Assembly: GCA_029287235.1 (NCBI GenBank)
Contig: JARFRM010000224.1
Span: forward strand, 10,452 to 74,451
DNA length: 64,000 bases
Direction: 5' to 3'
DNA from: Thermoanaerobaculales bacterium
Lineage (GTDB): Bacteria > Acidobacteriota > Thermoanaerobaculia > Thermoanaerobaculales > Sulfomarinibacteraceae
Shown here piece after piece: positions 9,784-21,600 of the stretch (the stretch's first letter is position 1; every line of letters starts with the position of its first letter). The notes below the pieces were generated by a model. The model was not told the origin of the DNA and made no database searches. It saw nothing but the letters and a program-made list of their open reading frames with translations. The translations under genes and the position numbers were made by a program.

Positions 9784-11237
9784 GGGTGCTGGAGACGGCG
9801 CAGGCGGATGCCGTCGATCACGGACATGGGCAGATAGTAGGCGGTGGCCAGGGCGGTCCGGAGTTGGTCGCGATTCGCCCGCCACGGGGTCCTGAGCAGA
9901 CATCCGATGCTGCGCAATCCGCGTTTCCGCTGGAAGATTTTGTGGACATAACGGTGGAGCCGCTTGTAGAACGCCGCACAGTAGGTGCTGCGGTACATGA
10001 GATCCAGATCGTCCGATTCGGTCCAGTTGGTCTTGTCGACCAACTGTGACACGACCTCGTCGTAGAAAGGGGTGCCGGGCAGTGGATACGACACCGAGAT
10101 TCCGATCTCATCGGGCATGAGGTCGAGGACCATCCGGATGGTCTTGTCGATGTCCTCCCGGGTTTCGCCGAGGTAGCCGAACTGGAGGAATAAAGCGACC
10201 CGGACGCCGTGGCTCTGGAGCAATCGCACGGCCTCGTAGATCTGCTCGACGGTGACACCCTTGTTCATGGCGTCGACGATGTTCTGCGAACCGGATTCGG
10301 CGCCGATCCACGCGGTCTCGAGACCGGCGCGGGCGAGATCGGCGGCGACGCCGTCGCGGAGGACCGAGTCGACCCGCGCCTGCATGGTGAAGCTGAAGTC
10401 GAGTTCGGCGGCATTCACCAGATCGGCAAATCGCCGGGTCCACTCCGGTCTGAGACCGAAGATGTCGTCGCAGAACCAGATGTGCTCGAAATCGTGGTGC
10501 CTCCTCAGCTGCTCGAGATCCGCCACAACGCGCTCCGGCGAGTGCACGACATACTGCGAGCCCCAGATGGGTTTGGCGCACCACGAGCACGAATAGGGGC
10601 ACCCTCGAGAGGAGACCAGGTTGAGCGACCACCTCCCCCAGCGGGTCCGCCATGCCCGCTCGTAAGGCTCCATGTCGATCGCGTCCCAGGCCGGCCGCGG
10701 CAGCTCATCCACATCGCGTATGGTCGGTCGAGCGGCGGTCTGGAGCAGCTCTCCATCATCGAGCAGGGCGAGCCCGGCGATCTCTCCGAGATCGTTGTTC
10801 CCCGCGGCCCACGCCGCAACGACATCGACCAGGGCGGCCTCTCCCTCACCGAGGATCACGGCGTCAGCACCCCGATCGAGATAGCGCTGCCGATGGTCCG
10901 TGGCGTCGGAACCGCAGACCACCACCCGACAGCCGCGCTCCTTGGCCCGCCGGATCATCTCGAAGGCCGCGTCCTGCATCTTGGACAGACACATCTTGGT
11001 CAGATAGTTGAAGCTGTCGTCGTAGACGACGAAGATCTCCGGTGCGTGGCTTTCGAGCGCCCCCTCAACGGTTTCGGGCCCGGAGGCAAAGATGGTGTCG
11101 TGGAGCGCGACGTCGTGTCCCTCCTCGCGCAGACACGCCATGGCGTACAGGGTTGCCAACGGCGGATAGGGGGTTTGAGCCTCCCACTGTTTGCGGTCGA
11201 GACGGAGGAAATACGAGTGGCTGAAGAGGACCTTCAC
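9780..11237 (-). CDS. B12-binding (class B) radical SAM protein
   Basis: YPPLATLY, ILGEGE, SRGCPYSCSWC, GAESGS, YPLPGTPFY. Confidence 0.9.
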   Translation of the reverse strand: MKVLFSHSYFLRLDRKQWEAQTPYPPLATLYAMACLREEGHDVALHDTIFASGPETVEGALESHAPEIFVVYDDSFNYLTKMCLSKMQDAAFEMIRRAKERGCRVVVCGSDATDHRQRYLDRGADAVILGEGEAALVDVVAAWAAGNNDLGEIAGLALLDDGELLQTAARPTIRDVDELPRPAWDAIDMEPYERAWRTRWGRWSLNLVSSRGCPYSCSWCAKPIWGSQYVVHSPERVVADLEQLRRHHDFEHIWFCDDIFGLRPEWTRRFADLVNAAELDFSFTMQARVDSVLRDGVAADLARAGLETAWIGAESGSQNIVDAMNKGVTVEQIYEAVRLLQSHGVRVALFLQFGYLGETREDIDKTIRMVLDLMPDEIGISVSYPLPGTPFYDEVVSQLVDKTNWTESDDLDLMYRSTYCAAFYKRLHRYVHKIFQRKRGLRSIGCLLRTPWRANRDQLRTALATAYYLPMSVIDGIRLRRLQHP

Positions 11238-12226
11238 AGCGCGGTCGCCTCCCCGCCCCCGATCTCCACGCCGTGGCGCTCCTCGAACGAGTCGATCTCA
11301 TGTGCGAGTCGACGGAGGACCCGTTCCCGAAACGCCTGCGGGTGGTGCTTGGAGGCGTGTTTTTCAGATCGCATGGCCACCTCGTGTCGGATCTCGAGAT
11401 GACGGTACCGCCGTTGGTTCCGACGGCGGATAATCCGATGACTCCAGTCATCGAGCCGCAGTCCACGAGCGCCACCGGCACAGGCTTCGGCAACGGTCTT
11501 GACGAGCCCCTGTGATACGGGGCCGACCTCACGGGCGCACCGACGCCAGTTGGGAAGATACTCCATGATCCAGGAATTGGCGTCGAGGAAACGATCGTGA
11601 ATCGTCGGGTTGACCATGGGCAGCAACCAGGCGATCTCCATGGCCGTGAAGAGATCTCGATCGGGAACCTCGAGGTGGTCCTCCGCGAGCAGATAATTGA
11701 CGCAGAAACGATGGTGTGAATTGAAGAGAAAGATCTTCTTGAAGCCCATGAGCAGGAGACGACAGAACCAGACCCGCTCGGGTTCGGTGAAAACCAGATA
11801 GTCGAGATCGTCGCCCTCCTTCATCACGCCCTTGGAGAGAGTCCCGCTGATCGCGACTCCACGAACGTGAGGAAACCGACCGATGAAGCGCGACCAGCGG
11901 GCGGCCCGCGGCAACGCCGCCCGTGCTCGTGCCTCATCGGCCCGTCGCTCGTCCACATGGGAGTCTTCGCCGATGAAGTGAAAACCTCGATCGATGCCGA
12001 TGAGCCTGGCGGCGACCAATTCGTAAAGCGCTGCTTCGAGCTCCGCGAGGTCGCGCCACACCACGGGAGAGAAACGAAAAATCTCAGCCGCGGAGAGCGG
12101 AAAACCGAAGATGTGATAGTACAACAAGGTGCGCACAACACCTTGCTGGCCTGCAGAAAGCTCGGGCCGGATGACAGTTGGGGCGGTTCGCAGGATCGCT
12201 CTTCTCCCGGGTTCGCTCACGATCAT
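11234..12226 (-). CDS. Nucleotidyltransferase-fold protein with N-terminal winged helix
   Basis: ISGTLSKG...DDLDY resembles the Pol-beta-type G[ST]...DxD motif; start approximate. Confidence 0.6.
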   Translation of the reverse strand: MIVSEPGRRAILRTAPTVIRPELSAGQQGVVRTLLYYHIFGFPLSAAEIFRFSPVVWRDLAELEAALYELVAARLIGIDRGFHFIGEDSHVDERRADEARARAALPRAARWSRFIGRFPHVRGVAISGTLSKGVMKEGDDLDYLVFTEPERVWFCRLLLMGFKKIFLFNSHHRFCVNYLLAEDHLEVPDRDLFTAMEIAWLLPMVNPTIHDRFLDANSWIMEYLPNWRRCAREVGPVSQGLVKTVAEACAGGARGLRLDDWSHRIIRRRNQRRYRHLEIRHEVAMRSEKHASKHHPQAFRERVLRRLAHEIDSFEERHGVEIGGGEATAL

Positions 12227-12510
12227 CGGATCGCGGGATTGTCGAGTTTTCTCGAAGTCACGAGATGATTCTAGCCTTGAAGGGCCGGGACTTCCATGAC
12301 CGGAACCGCATCCCCCCGATCGACCGTGGACCGGCGCCACCCGGTCCTGTCGCTGCTGGCGGTCAATCTTGCGGCTTTAGATTCATCAACGTATGGAGGT
12401 GAACGGCGTGGAGCTCTTCTTTGCCAACGACCCACACCTTGATCGGACCGGTCGACGCATCCTGGCCCGGATCATCGCGGATGCGGTGGAATCACGATAG
12501 GCTGATTCTG

Positions 12511-13455
12511 ATGCCACCCGATCCTTTGGTTTCCGTCGTCGTCCCGGTCCATCGCGGCGAGGCCACCCTGCCTCGGCTCCTGGCCTCCATCCGCGCGCAA
12601 CGGCCGCCCTGCGACGAACTCTGGATCCTCGAGACCGAACCCACGCCCACGATCGCGGACCTCGCCCGGTCGGTCGGGGCCGAGTATGTCGAGGTCGACA
12701 GTGCGTCCTTTGACCACGCGGGCACTCGCACGGCAGCGGCTCGTCACGCCACCGGCGAGGTTCTCGTCTTTCTGACCCAGGATGTCGTCCTGAGAGACGA
12801 GTCCACCCTCTCAAGCCTCGTCGGATCCCTGCTGAGCGACGACCGGATCGGCGCCGCCTACGGCCGGCAGGTCCCCGATGAGAACGCCGACCCGGTCGCG
12901 GCCGTCAAACGGCTCTTCAACTATCCCGATCGATCCCGGACAAAGACGGCGGCCGATCGTGGAGAGCTCGGGCTGAGGACGCCCTTCCTCTCCAACGCAT
13001 TCGCCGCCTACCGGCGGCGGGCCCTCGAGGAGATCGGCTTCTTCGGCCGACGCGAGCTCATCTGCGAGGATGTCCTCGCCGGCGCCACGCTCCTCGAAGC
13101 CGGCTGGTCGATCCACTATGAGGCCGATGCGGTGGTACACCACACCCACCACTTCGGCTTCGGCCAGGAGTTCGGCCGGTACTTCGACATCGGCGTTGCC
13201 CACCACCGGCATCGTTGGATCCTCGATCGATTCGGCGGCTCCGACGGCGACGGGCTGCGCTATCTCAGGGTCGGCTTCGCTCATCTTCGTCGCGAACGAC
13301 AGTGGCTCAAGATGCCGGACTTTTGCTTACGGGCCATGCTCGGCCGGGTCGCCTACTCCCTCGGCCGGCACCACCGGGGTCTGCCCCGATCGTGGCGCCG
13401 TCATCTGTCGTCGCATTCCGGATGGTGGGACCGTTTCGAGTCGGATGGGGATTGA
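12511..13455 (+). CDS. Glycosyltransferase family 2 (rhamnosyltransferase-like)
   Basis: VSVVVPV, FDHAGTR, FLTQD, AYGRQ, FLSNAFAAYR, ED motif. Confidence 0.85.
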   Translation: MPPDPLVSVVVPVHRGEATLPRLLASIRAQRPPCDELWILETEPTPTIADLARSVGAEYVEVDSASFDHAGTRTAAARHATGEVLVFLTQDVVLRDESTLSSLVGSLLSDDRIGAAYGRQVPDENADPVAAVKRLFNYPDRSRTKTAADRGELGLRTPFLSNAFAAYRRRALEEIGFFGRRELICEDVLAGATLLEAGWSIHYEADAVVHHTHHFGFGQEFGRYFDIGVAHHRHRWILDRFGGSDGDGLRYLRVGFAHLRRERQWLKMPDFCLRAMLGRVAYSLGRHHRGLPRSWRRHLSSHSGWWDRFESDGD

Positions 13456-13700
13456 TCCTGAACAACGACCGGCAATCGCTCCCGGCGATCAGCTCGGGAC
13501 CCGGATCCTCCTTCAGCGCCTCGTAGCCCATCCCCGTGGACCGGCCCTTCCATTGGCTCTGGAGATTCTCCACATCCACGAGCAGACAGCTCGAGCGCCC
13601 ATCGGCAACCCTTGATTCCAGGGGTTTACGACGCTCATGATCCCAGTAAAATCGACCGGATGGCGAATCCGGACCCTCCACCGTTCGGGAACCCCCGTTG

Positions 13701-16031
13701 ATGGACCCCACGCACGGGTTCACCACCGACCGGGCCACCCGCCTCGCCGCCGAGGGTTGGGGGCTCGACACCCGTGCCGAGGCCCTGGCCGGCGAGTTCG
13801 ATTTCAACTTCCGCATCCGCGCCAGAGGCGGAGAACGGTACGTCCTCAAGGTCTCGCCCGTCGGCGCGGACCGGCGGTCCCTCGAGTGTCAGATTGCTGT
13901 GCTGAGACACCTGCGGGACAGTTCGGTGGCGGGACTGGTTCAGAAGGCGGTGCCGACCGAATCCGGACTCGACCTCCTCCCTGTGGAGGACGGCGACGGG
14001 CAGATCCGTTGGGTCCGCTTGGTGTCCTACCTCGATGGAATCCCCCTCGTCGAGCTCGACCGTCGTCCGCCGGGGCTGCTCGAAGAGATCGGGCGGAATC
14101 TCGCTCGCCTGGACCTCGCACTGCGAGGTTTCGACCATCCGGGCGCCCGGCGGCCGTTGTTGTGGGACCTCACGGCGACTCCGGCGCTGGGTCGCCTTGC
14201 CGAGTTCATCGCCGATCTCGGTAAGAGAGAGCTGGTCGAGAGCCGGCTCGAGCGGTTCGCCCGGGTGGTTACACCGCGGCTCGGCGAGCTCGAGACCGGG
14301 GTCATCCACAACGACGCCAACGACCGCAACCTGTTGGTGAGGACCGATGACGATGGCACGCCGAGATTCGGCGGCCTCATCGACTTCGGTGACATGCTTC
14401 ACACCGCAGTCATTGCCGAGCTCGCCATCGCGACTACCTACCTCATGCTCGACCGCGACGATCCGCTCGCCGAAGCCGCCAGCGTCGTCAGGGGCTACCA
14501 CTCGGTGCGTCCTCTGACCGCACCCGAACGCGAGCTCCTTCCCGACTTCGTGATCGCGCGACTGGTTTCAAGCGTGCTGATGTCGGCCCACGGCCGACAC
14601 CGCGACCCCGGCAACACCTATCTTCAGATCTCCGAAGCGCCGGTGTGGCGACTGCTCGAAAGGATGACCTTGATCGACGAAAGCAGGATTCACGACGCGG
14701 TGGAAGTCGGGTGTCGCAGCACGATCAGCCGATCGCGGAGCATCGACGAGATTCTCTCGATCCGCCGGCGCCACGTGGGCCGCAACCTCAGCGTCTCCTA
14801 CACCGAACCGCTCAAGATCGTCCGTGGAGAGGGCCAGTACCTCTACGACGAACAGGGACGCCGTTTCCTCGATCTGGTCAACAACGTCTGCCACGTGGGT
14901 CACTGCCACCCGCAGGTGGTCGCCGCCGGGCAACGGCAGATGGCCGAGCTCAACACCAATACCCGGTATCTCCACGACAATCTGGCCGAGTACGCGCTCA
15001 AGCTCACGGCGACCTTTCCCGATCCCCTGAGTGTCTGCTTCTTCGTCTGCACCGGCACCGAGGCCAACGACCTCGCCCTTCGACTGGCGCGCACCCACAC
15101 CGGCACCCGGGAGATCATCGTCCTCGAGCACGCCTACCACGGTCACTCACCATCGCTCATCGAGATCGGCACCTACAAGTGCGAGGGTCCGGGCGGAGAG
15201 GGGCTCGCGGAGCACGCGCACGCGACGCCCCTGCCCGATCCCTACCGGGGGCCCCACCGCGGCGCCGACGCCGGGGCCCGTTATGCCGACGAGGTGCGCG
15301 CCACGGTTGGGGAGCTCTCGGCGGCGGGCCGGCCCCCCGGCGCCTTCATGGCGGAGTCGCTCATCGGCTGCGGCGGCCAGGTCATCCCCGCGAAGGGCTT
15401 CATGCCCGAGGCTTTCAGAGCGGTGCGCGCAGCGGGTGGCGTGTGTATCGCCGATGAGGTCCAGGTCGGCTTCGGCCGCGCCGGTAGCCACTTCTGGGCC
15501 TTCGAGGCTCTCGATGCCATTCCCGACATCGTCACTCTGGGCAAACCCATCGGCAACGGCCACCCCATGGCCGCCGTGGTGACGACGCCGGCGATCGCGG
15601 CGAGCTTCGTCACCGGGATGGAGTACTTCAACACCTTTGGCGGCAACCCGGTTTCCTGCGCCATCGGCCTCGCTGTGCTCGAGGTCATCGAAAGCGAGGG
15701 CCTCCAGGAACACGCCCGCGTGCTCGGCGAGCAGTTTCTCGACGGTTTTCGTGAGATGGCGCCCCGCCACCGACTCATCGGCGATGTCCGCGGGCTCGGT
15801 CTCTTCCTCGGCGTCGAGCTCGTCCGCGATCACGACACCCTCGAACCGGCCGACACCGAAGCGTCCGCCGTGATCGACGCCATGCGCAACCGCGGGTTCC
15901 TCCTCTCCACAGACGGCCCGCACCACAACGTGCTCAAGATCAAACCACCCATGGTCCTGACCGGCGAGGACATCGCAGCCGTCCTCAAGAACGTGGATGA
16001 GGTGCTCGACGAGATCGAGACCCGGAGATGA
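13701..16031 (+). CDS. Fused APH/hydroxylysine-kinase-like phosphotransferase + class III PLP phospho-lyase/aminotransferase
   Basis: IHNDANDRN and DFGD kinase motifs; C-terminal [30 protein letters not shown]. Confidence 0.85.
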   Translation: MDPTHGFTTDRATRLAAEGWGLDTRAEALAGEFDFNFRIRARGGERYVLKVSPVGADRRSLECQIAVLRHLRDSSVAGLVQKAVPTESGLDLLPVEDGDGQIRWVRLVSYLDGIPLVELDRRPPGLLEEIGRNLARLDLALRGFDHPGARRPLLWDLTATPALGRLAEFIADLGKRELVESRLERFARVVTPRLGELETGVIHNDANDRNLLVRTDDDGTPRFGGLIDFGDMLHTAVIAELAIATTYLMLDRDDPLAEAASVVRGYHSVRPLTAPERELLPDFVIARLVSSVLMSAHGRHRDPGNTYLQISEAPVWRLLERMTLIDESRIHDAVEVGCRSTISRSRSIDEILSIRRRHVGRNLSVSYTEPLKIVRGEGQYLYDEQGRRFLDLVNNVCHVGHCHPQVVAAGQRQMAELNTNTRYLHDNLAEYALKLTATFPDPLSVCFFVCTGTEANDLALRLARTHTGTREIIVLEHAYHGHSPSLIEIGTYKCEGPGGEGLAEHAHATPLPDPYRGPHRGADAGARYADEVRATVGELSAAGRPPGAFMAESLIGCGGQVIPAKGFMPEAFRAVRAAGGVCIADEVQVGFGRAGSHFWAFEALDAIPDIVTLGKPIGNGHPMAAVVTTPAIAASFVTGMEYFNTFGGNPVSCAIGLAVLEVIESEGLQEHARVLGEQFLDGFREMAPRHRLIGDVRGLGLFLGVELVRDHDTLEPADTEASAVIDAMRNRGFLLSTDGPHHNVLKIKPPMVLTGEDIAAVLKNVDEVLDEIETRR

Positions 16032-16981
16032 AGTCGGCCGTCGATGAGGCCCGCGATCGCATCGCACCGCACATCCGGCTCACCGAGTGTCGATTCTCAA
16101 AGACGTTGAGCGACGCCACCGGCGCCGAGGTCTATCTCAAACTCGAGAACCACCAGCTCAGCGGATCCTTCAAGCTGCGCGGGGTGATGAACAAGATCCT
16201 CTCACTGACTTCAACCGAAAGGAATCGACGCCTTGTGGCGGCGTCGACGGGCAACCACGGTGCGGCCTTCGCCCACGCCGTGGGAGAGCTCGGACTCGAC
16301 GGCCTGCTCTTTCTTCCGACCAATACCACGTCCATCAAGCTCGAAGCCATCGAGGCATCCGGAATTCCCTTCGAGCTCGTCGGTGATGACTGCGTGGTCA
16401 CCGAGACTTATGCCCACGCCTGCGCCGAGACCAACAACGACGTCTGGGTCTCGCCCTACAACGACCCGGCCATCGTCGCCGGCCAGGGCACCATCGGACC
16501 CGAGCTGCAGATGCAGGTCGAAGGGATCGAGGTGGTGCTCATCCCGGTGGGCGGCGGCGGGCTGGCCGGGGGGATCGCCGCCTATCTCAAGGCCGTCGAA
16601 CCGTCCATCGAGATCATCGGCTGCGAGCCCACAGCCTCGGCGGTGATGGCCGAGTCGGTCAAGGCCGGCGCCATCGTGGAGCTCTCCAACCTGCCGACCC
16701 TTTCCGACGCCACCGCCGGCGGCATCGAGGAGGGCTCCATCACCTTCGACCTCTGCCGGCGGTTCGTCGACCGCTACGAGCTCGTCTCGGAGGACGAGAT
16801 CGCCGCCGCCATCCGCTTTGTCCACGACCACGAAGACATGGTCATCGAAGGCGGCGCCGCATTGCCGGTGGCGGTCATGCTGCGCCGACCGAAAGAGTTA
16901 CAGGACAAGAAGGCGGCGCTGGTGATCACGGGATCGAAGATCGATGACGTGGTGTTGCGGCGGATCCTGAGCGACGAATAG
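16028..16981 (+). CDS. PLP-dependent threonine/serine dehydratase-like enzyme
   Basis: [29 protein letters not shown]; no ACT domain. Confidence 0.85.
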   Translation: MKSAVDEARDRIAPHIRLTECRFSKTLSDATGAEVYLKLENHQLSGSFKLRGVMNKILSLTSTERNRRLVAASTGNHGAAFAHAVGELGLDGLLFLPTNTTSIKLEAIEASGIPFELVGDDCVVTETYAHACAETNNDVWVSPYNDPAIVAGQGTIGPELQMQVEGIEVVLIPVGGGGLAGGIAAYLKAVEPSIEIIGCEPTASAVMAESVKAGAIVELSNLPTLSDATAGGIEEGSITFDLCRRFVDRYELVSEDEIAAAIRFVHDHEDMVIEGGAALPVAVMLRRPKELQDKKAALVITGSKIDDVVLRRILSDE

Positions 16982-17008
16982 AACCGCAAAGGCATCAAGC
17001 CACCAAGG
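16982..17008 (+). repeat. Degenerate copy of the intergenic CRC-N-RAG periodic repeat
   Basis: AACCGCAAAGGCATCAAGCCACCAAGG directly after a stop codon; resembles copies at 27916, 56106 and 62728. Confidence 0.5.
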
Positions 17009-17431
17009 AACAAGGTCCGGGACCTTGACAAAGACGACGCCACGTTCTCTGTGCCCGGACTTCGATCACCGACCTCCGGCGACGGCCAAGGTGTCTCCGT
17101 TGATCAGGTTGTTGTTCCTGCCATTTCAAAGCCGTCTTCTGGTCGAGGCCGCAGGAGCGATACTCCAGAGGTTCGATCCTCAATTGTTGTAAAGAAATCC
17201 TCAGTTTCTCGGATTTGATGCCCTTTCCGCGTCCATCGAAGCTATCCTTCTGGGATATTGGGCGATGGTCGCTCGCTTCACGAAACCCCGGACCACCAAT
17301 CATGAGTGCCTTCGCCACCGATACCCGGGAATCACCCACCTCGGGGTGAACGTTGTTGTGGAAGTCGGGTGGGCCTTCAAGGCGGACGAGCGGACGAATT
17401 CGGATCGAACCACCCTCGAAAGTGAAGACTC

Positions 17432-18604
17432 ATGCAACTCAGAACACCAGAAGCATCACCATACCGACCTTCGCTCCGTCGATCGATGGCGGCGCTGGTC
17501 CTTGCCGGAGGCCTCATCGGTCTTTCGGCCTGCGGCGGTGGCGAGCCCGATCCTCCAGGCCCCGGCCAACGAGGCGGCGGTCCAGGTCCGGGCAACGGCC
17601 CGGGTGGGGGACGACCGGAGCTCCCGACCATGTCGGTGGCCGTCGAAACGGCAGCGCGCGGCGACATCGCAACCTACTACCGTGCCACCGCCTCCCTCGA
17701 TCCCGACAAACGCGCCGATGTTCTCGCCCGGGTCGCCGGAGTCATCGAGAGCATCGTCGCCGAAGAGGGTGACCGGGTGGCCAAGGGTCAGATCCTGCTC
17801 CACATCGTGGATGACGAGTACCGCCACCGGACGACCATGGCCAGGGTGGATCTCGAGAAGCAGCAGGCCCGTCTCAACCGCGCCGAGAAGATCCACACCC
17901 AGGGTCTGAGCTCGGCCGAGGACTTCGACGCCATCCGCACCGACACCGCCTCGGCCGAGGCCGCGCTGGAGCTTGCCGAGCTCGAGCTCAGCTACACCGA
18001 GGTCCGCGCGCCCTTCACCGGCCATGTGGTCCGTCGCTTTGTCGATCAGGGCCAGACCGTGGCCAACGGCACCGCACTCTTCTCCCTGGCCGATATGGAC
18101 CGCCTTCTCGCTCGGGTCTTCATCCCGGCAAAGGAGTTTCGCAGCATCCGACCCGATCAACCGGTCCAGCTCGTGGTCAGCTCCACCGGGGACCGACTCA
18201 CCGGCCGCATCGATCTGGTCAACCCGTTGGTGGATCCCGAAAGCGGCACTATCAAGGTCACCGTCGAGGTCACGGAATACCCGCCCACAACCCGGCCTGG
18301 CGATTTCGTTGAGGTTTCCATTGTCACCGACAGCCACTCCGGCAGCCTGCTGGTGCCCAGGGTCGCCGTGGTCACCGAACGTGGCCAGCGGTCGGTCTAC
18401 GTGGTGGATGGCGAGACGGCCCACCAACGAGCGGTGGAGGTGGGATTCGAGGATGACGCCAATGCCGAGATCCTCTCCGGGCTGGAGCCCGGCGAGCTGG
18501 TGGTGATCCAGGGCCAACGTGCGCTGCGCGACGGCCAGCCGGTCTCGGTCCTCGACGCCCTCGAGCTCGACACCGACGCACCGGCCACCGAACAGGCCGG
18601 TTGA
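17432..18604 (+). CDS. RND efflux periplasmic adaptor (MFP), probable lipoprotein
   Basis: LSAC lipobox, EEGDRVAKGQ, VRAPFTG, GLEPGELVV. Confidence 0.9.
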   Translation: MQLRTPEASPYRPSLRRSMAALVLAGGLIGLSACGGGEPDPPGPGQRGGGPGPGNGPGGGRPELPTMSVAVETAARGDIATYYRATASLDPDKRADVLARVAGVIESIVAEEGDRVAKGQILLHIVDDEYRHRTTMARVDLEKQQARLNRAEKIHTQGLSSAEDFDAIRTDTASAEAALELAELELSYTEVRAPFTGHVVRRFVDQGQTVANGTALFSLADMDRLLARVFIPAKEFRSIRPDQPVQLVVSSTGDRLTGRIDLVNPLVDPESGTIKVTVEVTEYPPTTRPGDFVEVSIVTDSHSGSLLVPRVAVVTERGQRSVYVVDGETAHQRAVEVGFEDDANAEILSGLEPGELVVIQGQRALRDGQPVSVLDALELDTDAPATEQAG

Positions 18605-21600
18605 TGCGCTCACTGGTCGCTCTCGCCGTCCGCCGCCGGGTCACGGTGCTCATGTGCGCCCTGGCCCTGGCCGCCTTCGGCGTGGTCGGTTATCAGCGCC
18701 TGCCCCTGGATCTGCTGCCCGACATCTCCTATCCCTCGCTGACGGTGCAGACCGACTTCCCCGACACCGCACCGGCGGAGGTCGAGAACCTGGTTACCCG
18801 ACCCGTGGAGGAGGCCGTCGGAGTTCTTCGCGGTCTGCGGACCGTTCATTCGGTCTCTCGCCCGGGGGTCTCCGAGGTCACCCTGGAGTTCGACTGGGGC
18901 GCAGACATGGATCTGCTGCTTCTCGACGTGAGGGAGAAACTCGACCGCCTGATCCTCCCCGAGGAGGCCGAGGACCCGGTGGTTCTGCGCTTCGACCCTT
19001 CGCTGGATCCCATCATCCGCATCGCGTTGGGCGGCAGCGGCAATCTCACCGAGAGCCGTCGGCTCGCCGACCGACGACTCAAGCAGGCATTCGAGAGCCT
19101 CAAGGGTGTGGCCTCGGCTCGGATCAAGGGTGGCCTCGAGGAGGAGATCCACGTCGAGGTCGACCAGGAGCGGCTCGCCGCCCTCGGCATCTCCCTCGAC
19201 CGGGTGCGGCAGGTGGTCGGGGTGTCCAACGTCAACCTCCCCGGTGGATCACTCCGCGGCACCGACACCCAGTACCTGATCCGCACCGTCAACGAGTACA
19301 CCTCGGTGGAGGAGATCGGTTCTCTGGTGCTCTCGCCCGCCGGCGCCTCTCAGGTCCGCATCCGTGATGTGGCCGACGTCAGTTGGGGCGCCCGCGAACG
19401 CACCGAGATCATTCGGGTCGGAGGGGTCGAGGCGGTGGAGATCGCCATCTACAAGGAGGGCGACGCCAATATCGTCACCACCGCACGAGGGGTGCGCGAG
19501 GCACTGCCTGAGATGACCGAGCTCGTGCCCGAGGGCTACGAGCTCACCATGCTCTTCGATCAGTCGCGCTTCATCGAGCAGGCTCTGGTCGAAGTTCGCT
19601 TCACGGCGGTGGTGGGTGGCGCGCTGGCGATCCTGGTGCTCTTTGCCTTTCTCCGCGACACCCGATCAACGGTGATCATCGCCACCGCCATCCCACTCTC
19701 GGTGCTTTTCGCCTTCATGGCCATGTACCGGCTCGATGTCTCGCTCAATATCATGAGCCTGGGGGGCCTGACCCTGGGGATCGGGATGCTGGTGGACAAC
19801 GCCATCGTGGTCCTCGAGTCCATTCACCGAAAACGCCAGGAGGGACTCAGCCGCGCGGCGGCCGCCATCACGGGCACCACCGAGGTCGGTGGCGCGGTGG
19901 CGGCCTCCACCCTCACCACTGTGGCCGTTTTTCTACCCATCATCTTCGTCGAAGGCATCGCCGGCGCCCTCTTCGGCGACATGGCCATCACGGTCACGCT
20001 CAGCCTTCTCGCCTCCCTCGTCGTCGCCGTCACCCTGATCCCCATGCTGAGCGCCCTCGGCGGTGGTCAGGAATCGGACCGAGACACGAAGCGGACCCAC
20101 CGAGCCGCCGAGACCGGTCTCGGCCTTGTCTCCCGGTTCTACAACGCTCTCCTCCGGGCGGCTCTCGGTCGAAAGTGGGTCACCATCCTCGCCGCGGCCG
20201 TAGTCTTCGTCATCGCCGTTGCCGGGGTCTCCCGACTCCAGACCGCCCTCATCCCGGACATCTCCCAGGGCGAGTTCTACTTCGAGGCCACCCTGCCCGA
20301 GGGCACCTCCGTCCAGGCCACCGACCGGGTGCTTCAGCAGATGACGGCGCCAATCGACGGCGATCCCGAGGTCGAGGTGGCCTACGCCACCGCCGGAAGC
20401 CGGCTGGTCTCCGGGGGTCTGAGTCTGAGCACCACCGCCGAGCATTACGGTCAGCTCAACGTGGTCCTTGCCGACCGACGGGACGAGAGCGCCGAGGAGC
20501 GGGTCGCCAACCGGCTTCGGGAGGGCTTTTCTGCCATTCCCGAGCTCGACACCACCTTCGGCAAACCAACCTACTTCAGCCTCAAAACCCCCATCGAGGT
20601 CATCTTGTTTTCGGATGATCTCGACGCGCTCTCGGCGTGGGCGCCGGTTCTCGTGGACAAGCTGGCGGCCGTTCCCGGGCTGGTGGATGTCCGCTCCTCC
20701 CTCGAGGAGGGCAACCCCGAACTCCAGATCATCTTCGACCGCGATCGATTGGCCTCCCTGGGTCTCGACATGCGGGTGGTGGCCGAGACCCTGCGCGATC
20801 GCGTCCTGGGATCGGTTCCCACCCGCTTCCGCGAGGCCGATCGCCAGATCGACATCCGGGTGCGCAACCTGAAGGGTCAACGGCAGACCGACAACGATGT
20901 CCGGAACCTGATGATCCCGGGCCCCGACGGCCGCCAACTGCGACTGCTCACCGTCGCCGATGTTCGGGAGGACCGCGGTCCGGCCGAGATCCACCGCGTC
21001 CAGCAACAGCGTGCCGCCGTGCTCAGCGCCAATCTCGAGGGCCGAGGCCTGGGTTCCGCCGTCGCCGACATCAGGGCGCTCCTCGCCGCCAATCCGCCCC
21101 CGTCCGGGGTCATCGCAGAGCTTGGCGGTCAGGTCACCGAGATGCAGACCTCGTTCGACTCTCTGCGGTTTGCCCTCGCGCTGGCGGTTTTCCTGGTCTA
21201 TCTCGTCATGGCCGCGACCTTCGAGTCCCTCGTTCACCCCTTTGTGGTGCTTTTTTCCATTCCACTGGCGCTCGTGGGTGTCGTTCTGGGGATCTTCATC
21301 ACCGGAATCGAGATCAGCGTCATCGCCCTCATCGGTGTCGTCATGCTGGTCGGGATCGTGGTCAACAACGCCATCGTCCTCATCGACACGGTGAACCAGC
21401 TCCGCAGGGCCGGGATGGACAAGACCGAAGCGGTCATCCGCGGCGGCCACCTCCGGCTTCGCCCCATTCTCATGACCACCCTCACCACGGTGCTGGGTCT
21501 GTTGCCCATGGCCCTTTCCATCGGCGAGGGCGCCGAGCTTCGCGCACCGCTGGCCATCACGGTGTCTTTCGGGCTTGCCCTGAGCACGATCCTCACCCTG

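Noticed and set aside
1496-11237. Hopanoid or phosphonate pathway assignment for the B12-rSAMs
   Set aside because: No shc/hpn or pepM/ppd genes in the window; the context is GT/flippase.
16995-17339. 114-aa minus-strand ORF
   Set aside because: No motifs, atypical composition, no clear RBS.
17360-17425. tRNA-Sec-like CTTCAA loop or riboswitch upstream of the RND operon
   Set aside because: Only a 3-4 bp stem; no T-arm, acceptor stem or recognisable riboswitch consensus.
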